Origin: Paraspadella gotoi
Taxonomy: Eukaryota > Animalia > Chaetognatha
Direction: 5' to 3'
Assembly: GCA_051294375.1 (NCBI GenBank)
Contig: CM119263.1
Location: 13,316,199 to 13,380,198, forward strand
DNA length: 64,000 nt
Below the pieces are notes generated by a model. The model worked only from the letters and a program-made list of their open reading frames with translations, was not told where the DNA came from and did not search any database. The position numbers were made by a program, and so were the translations under genes. Shown in pieces: positions 59,825-64,000 of the stretch; position 1 is the stretch's first letter; each line of letters starts with the position of its first letter.

Positions 59825-60757
59825 GTAAAAAAGGGAAGAAAGCAGATTAGAAGGCAACGGAGGATTGTCTTTGTTTATTGCCTCAAAGCAAAAGCGACAA
59901 TTAGAAAGTAAATCTTGCGCGGCGAAGAAGGAAGTGGAAAAAGAAAGGAAAAGAAAAAAAAAGGAAAAGAGGAAGAAAAAAAATGGGAGAAAGAAAAAAA
60001 AATGAGCAATTGATTTTTACGTGAAGCGGTTTCGAGAGCTGCCGTTGTCTTTGGCTTTTTCTCTTTAAATCTTTCCGTTCTCTTTTTTCTTTCTTTTTTT
60101 CTTTTTTTTCTTTCTTTTTTCATTTCTTTTCAACTCTGGTTAAGATCTTTGTTCTCTCAGCCAAGAGGAAGAAGAAAAAAGTCTGTCTTCATCGGCAAGT
60201 CAGTCTCCGATGTTTACACTCGAACGATCTGCGTTCGAGCACAACGTATTTCTTAATTGGTTCACTGTAACTCGTTCCCCAATGATTCACTTTGCTTTTT
60301 ACATTTTTTTCTTTAGTGCGTCTTTCCTCTTCCCACAGTTTCTGATATGCAATCTCATTATATGTTTCTTTTACTTCTGGCATATTTTAAATTCATATAA
60401 ACTTCAACGACATCTCCGTTGACGTTTTAAAACATTAGTGCATCGATTCATTCTCTTTCTCTTATCATCTCTCTCTCTCTCTCTCCGTTTCCCATTTTCT
60501 TCCTTCATTCCTCATTTTCTTTCCCTTCTCTTTTTCCTCTCTCCTCCCTCGTTAATATCTCCCTTCCCCCTTTCCCTCCTCCTTCCCCTCGTTTTCCTTT
60601 GGCCCAAATTGATCCCAAGTTTCCAATTTTGTCGACTCACGTGCGAGACCTCCTTCCAACCTTCCGCTTCTTCGAGTCTCTTCTTCCTCTTCATTTTATC
60701 ACACTTTGTTTTTCGCTTTTCGATTCCCCCCCCTTTTCCTTTCTTTTCCCTTTACTC

Positions 60758-60880
<123 letters not shown>

Positions 60881-61902
60881 TCTTTTTATTTTCCTTCTTC
60901 CAATTTCCTATGACTTTCTTTTTCTCTCATCTATTCTCTATCTTTTTATTTGTCTCTAGTACCTTCCACCCTGGTTCATTATTTTTTTTTATACAAAAGA
61001 ATAATTTTATTATCCTACAGTCAACAACCATAATTTAATTCTACTTTTAGTAGCTCGCGTGGAGAGTGGCGAGCTAATCAATATAAAATTAATCATAAAT
61101 GAATAATTTGGCAAAACATTTAAAATCAGTATTTAATTTTAAGCAGTAGACTGAAGTAGTACATGCCAAGAAATACAATCAGAATGAACTTCTCGTAGCT
61201 CTATGAAATGTCTCTCTTATCTACCAGTGAATTCGATTAATTTAAAAGTCCCATAATTTTAAAGTAAAAAGCATTCTCTTGTCTCGTCTTCGAATCGCGC
61301 CTCTCGTTGACCCATCCCCAAAGCGGCGCCTTCCGTCGCAGCATCTGCGCGATGGCGCCAACGGAACAAGTCGGGTGGCGGCGCCTCGTGGTCGAAAGAA
61401 GGTTTAGACGGTGACCGCGATGGAGGGGCGGAGATGGAAAGGATTAATGGTCGACGAAAAAAGGGGCGTCATCGTCGTCGTCGTCGTCGTCGTTTGGGTG
61501 AGTCAGGTGTGTGAACGTGAGTCAGTCAACCGAGTGAGCATTCCTCGAACGTCAAAGAAACGAAAAAAATTGAAGAGGTCGATAACAACAACGACGAGGG
61601 TCGTGGGTCAGGTTTTAGAAAAAAAGAGAAAAAAGGAAGACAAAGATAAAGTGGAACTTGAGAAGCGACGCCGAAATATGAATTAATTAACTAACAACTC
61701 AAATTTTACGAAACTTTTAACGAAAGTCTTTAAAAAAAAACTAAGTAATGCACTAACGATTGAAGTTTAAGTAAAGCAAAAAAAAATTTAGAAAGGAAAT
61801 TCAACAAAAGAAAACGGAAGGGAGGAAGAGCCGAAGTTTAGATGGAAAAAAGAAGGAGAAAGGACGAAACGTTGGAGAGATAAGGAGGGGAGAGAAAGAG
61901 GG

Positions 61903-62008
<106 letters not shown>

Positions 62009-62244
62009 AGGGAGCGAAAGTGACTTTGACAGACAAGAAAAGGGAGGAAGAGAAAAGAAAAGGGTTCTTCCTCGGATAATGAAGGAAACGAAGAGACAAA
62101 GAAAGTGGAATCCTTCCTTTTTTTTTCCTTCTTTATCTTTCTTTTTTTCTCTCTCTCTTCTTTTCTTATTTTTTTCTTCCTTTTTTTTCGCCGCGAAGAC
62201 GAACGAGGCGTCGGTGGTTGTTTGTCTTTGTCACGGCGATTCCG

Positions 62245-62293
62245 GTCACGTGACGAGATTTCGGGTCACGTGATGAAATTTTGCTCACGTGAT
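62245..62293. promoter_or_regulatory. Three phased TCACGTGA E-boxes (bHLH-ZIP/CLEAR-like)
   Basis: GTCACGTGAC 62245-62254, GTCACGTGAT 62265-62274, CTCACGTGAT 62284-62293. Function is inferred from motif only. Confidence 0.4.
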
Positions 62294-62530
62294 CTCGCGC
62301 TCGGGGAAGAAGAACTTCGAAAAAAAATAGCGAGGAGAGAGAGAAAGAGAAAGAGAAGAGGTGACGAGACGACCTGGTGAGGATGAGTGAGTGAATAACG
62401 TAAGGACCGGCGCCCAGGCGAGGAACGTAACGGCGAACTCACCAGGGAAAAATTCACTATCACTTCCGTGAGCTCGATGAAGGTCAGATCGTTTCCTCAC
62501 TTGTCCTAGGATAATTTACGGCTTAATAGG

Positions 62531-63201
62531 AGTTAATATTGGTAGGAATGGTTTCCACAATATTTCTACGGTTACTTCGGCTGACACGGCATAATCAAAG
62601 TCAGTTGCCGTTGTAATTTATTTTTCATTTTAGATTTTTCTGGCAAGAATAAAGAACAAAAAAGTAAAAAGTTAACATTGTAGGGAATGGTTCTATATTT
62701 CTACGTTTACTTCGCTGACACGGCATAATCAAAGTCAGTTCCGTTGTATTATTTTTTCATTTTAGATTTTTCTGGCGAACAAATAAGGACACAAAAAAGT
62801 AAAAAAGTTAACATTGTAGGAATGGTTCCAATATTTCTACGTTACTTCGCTGACACGGCATAATCAAAGTCAGTTCCGTTATATTTTTTTTTCATTTTAG
62901 ATTTTTCTGGCAAGAATAAAGAACAAAAAAGTAAAAAAGTTAACATTGTAGGGAATGGTTCCAATATTTTTACGTTACTACGCTGACACGGCATAATCAA
63001 AGTCAGTTCCGTTATATTATTTTTTCATTTTAGATTTTTCTGGCAAGAATAAAGAACAAAAAAGGAAAAAAGTTAACATTGTAGGGAATGGTTCCAATAT
63101 TTCTACATTACTTTGCTGACTCGGCATAATCAAAGTTAGTTCCGTTATATTATTTTTTTCACTTTAGATTTTTCTGGCAAGAATAACGAACAAAAAAGTA
63201 A
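62531..63201. repeat. Tandem array, 5 copies of a ~133-bp unit
   Basis: Unit GTTAACATTGTAGGGAATGGTTCCAATATTTCTACGTTACTTCGCTGACACGGCATAATCAAAGTCAG... starts at about 62532, 62671, 62807, 62939 and 63072. Confidence 0.95.
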
Positions 63202-63377
63202 ATACTAATTTTTTTTTAAATTAAAGATAAATAAATAATAAGTTAGAAAATATTGGAATAAAAGATATAAAAAGAAAAAAAATCGTTGTCCAAACTAAAA
63301 AGATATAAAAAGGAACAAAAGAAAAAAATCACAAAAACACTTAGGCTTCTCACCTACAAAAACTTTCATTTCATCTT

Positions 63378-63482
63378 CAAGATGGCGGAAGAGTATCTCG
63401 AGATGGAAGCGAAATTTCCGCACTTTTTGGCGCCATCGACGCTTTAAAAAAACAGTTTTGAGCGCAAGAGAAAAAGATGGCG
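63378..63482. promoter_or_regulatory. YY1/Pho-like motif cluster in a CpG-rich island
   Basis: CAAGATGGCGG 63378-63388, CGCCATC 63431-63437, AAGATGGCG 63474-63482. Motif-only evidence. Confidence 0.3.
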
Positions 63483-63754
63483 CGAGCGACAACGTGCGAC
63501 GAGCGTGCGAACTTGTGCCCTTGCGCGAGAGCGCCAGCGTGCTCCAGACGAGGGGGAAGGCGCACGTGTAAACAGAGAATTGAATAAAGTTATTGTGAAG
63601 CAGATGATGAGCTGAAAGAGAGGGAGAGGGAGAGAGAGAGGGAGTGGAGGATTGTGAAAAATATGGAAAGCCAAAGGACGAGGGAGGGAGAAAATGAAAA
63701 AAAAAAGATTGAGAGCTAGATTTTTCAAAAGGAAAAGAGCCAGAGGGGGGAGAT

Positions 63755-63865
<111 letters not shown>

Positions 63866-64000
63866 ATTCGATTAGAAAACTAGGGTCTCGTTTTCTTCCC
63901 TTTCAAGATAGTAGAATGTTATTCTCAATTTTGGGATTTGAGCAGAAGAGAATTCGAGGATTCGGGGATTTTCTTTCCACGATTTCCTTTGAACGAAGGA

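Noticed and set aside
62531-63201. CRISPR-like array
   Set aside because: Whole units repeat with no unique spacers, there are no cas genes, and the context is eukaryotic. The same applies to the 18-bp repeat at 17187.

Overview
Eukaryotic (animal, probably invertebrate and plausibly arthropod; this is an inference) AT-rich genomic DNA with no obvious CpG depletion. It is dense in (GA)n/(CT)n, (GAAA)n and (GAC)n microsatellites and has 15 N-gaps, seven of them exactly 25 N. Nearly all ORF-track entries are microsatellite or N-gap artefacts. The only well-supported coding sequence is a GC-rich + strand exon at about 23147-23687/23697 encoding a His/Gly/Pro-rich low-complexity segment typical of developmental regulators; I do not recognise the gene. 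About half of the window (about 26.8-56.6 kb) consists of 2-3 indel-riddled copies of two blocks (X, about 4.7 kb; Y, about 4 kb), plus an inverted partial copy. This is most simply explained by gap filling with noisy long reads rather than a real duplication. The rest looks like intronic or intergenic DNA with CpG-rich islands carrying transcription-factor motif clusters, a 5x ~133-bp tandem array and a 7x 18-bp minisatellite. I found no prokaryotic system, CRISPR array, tRNA/rRNA or intact transposon, and no convincing new biological system.
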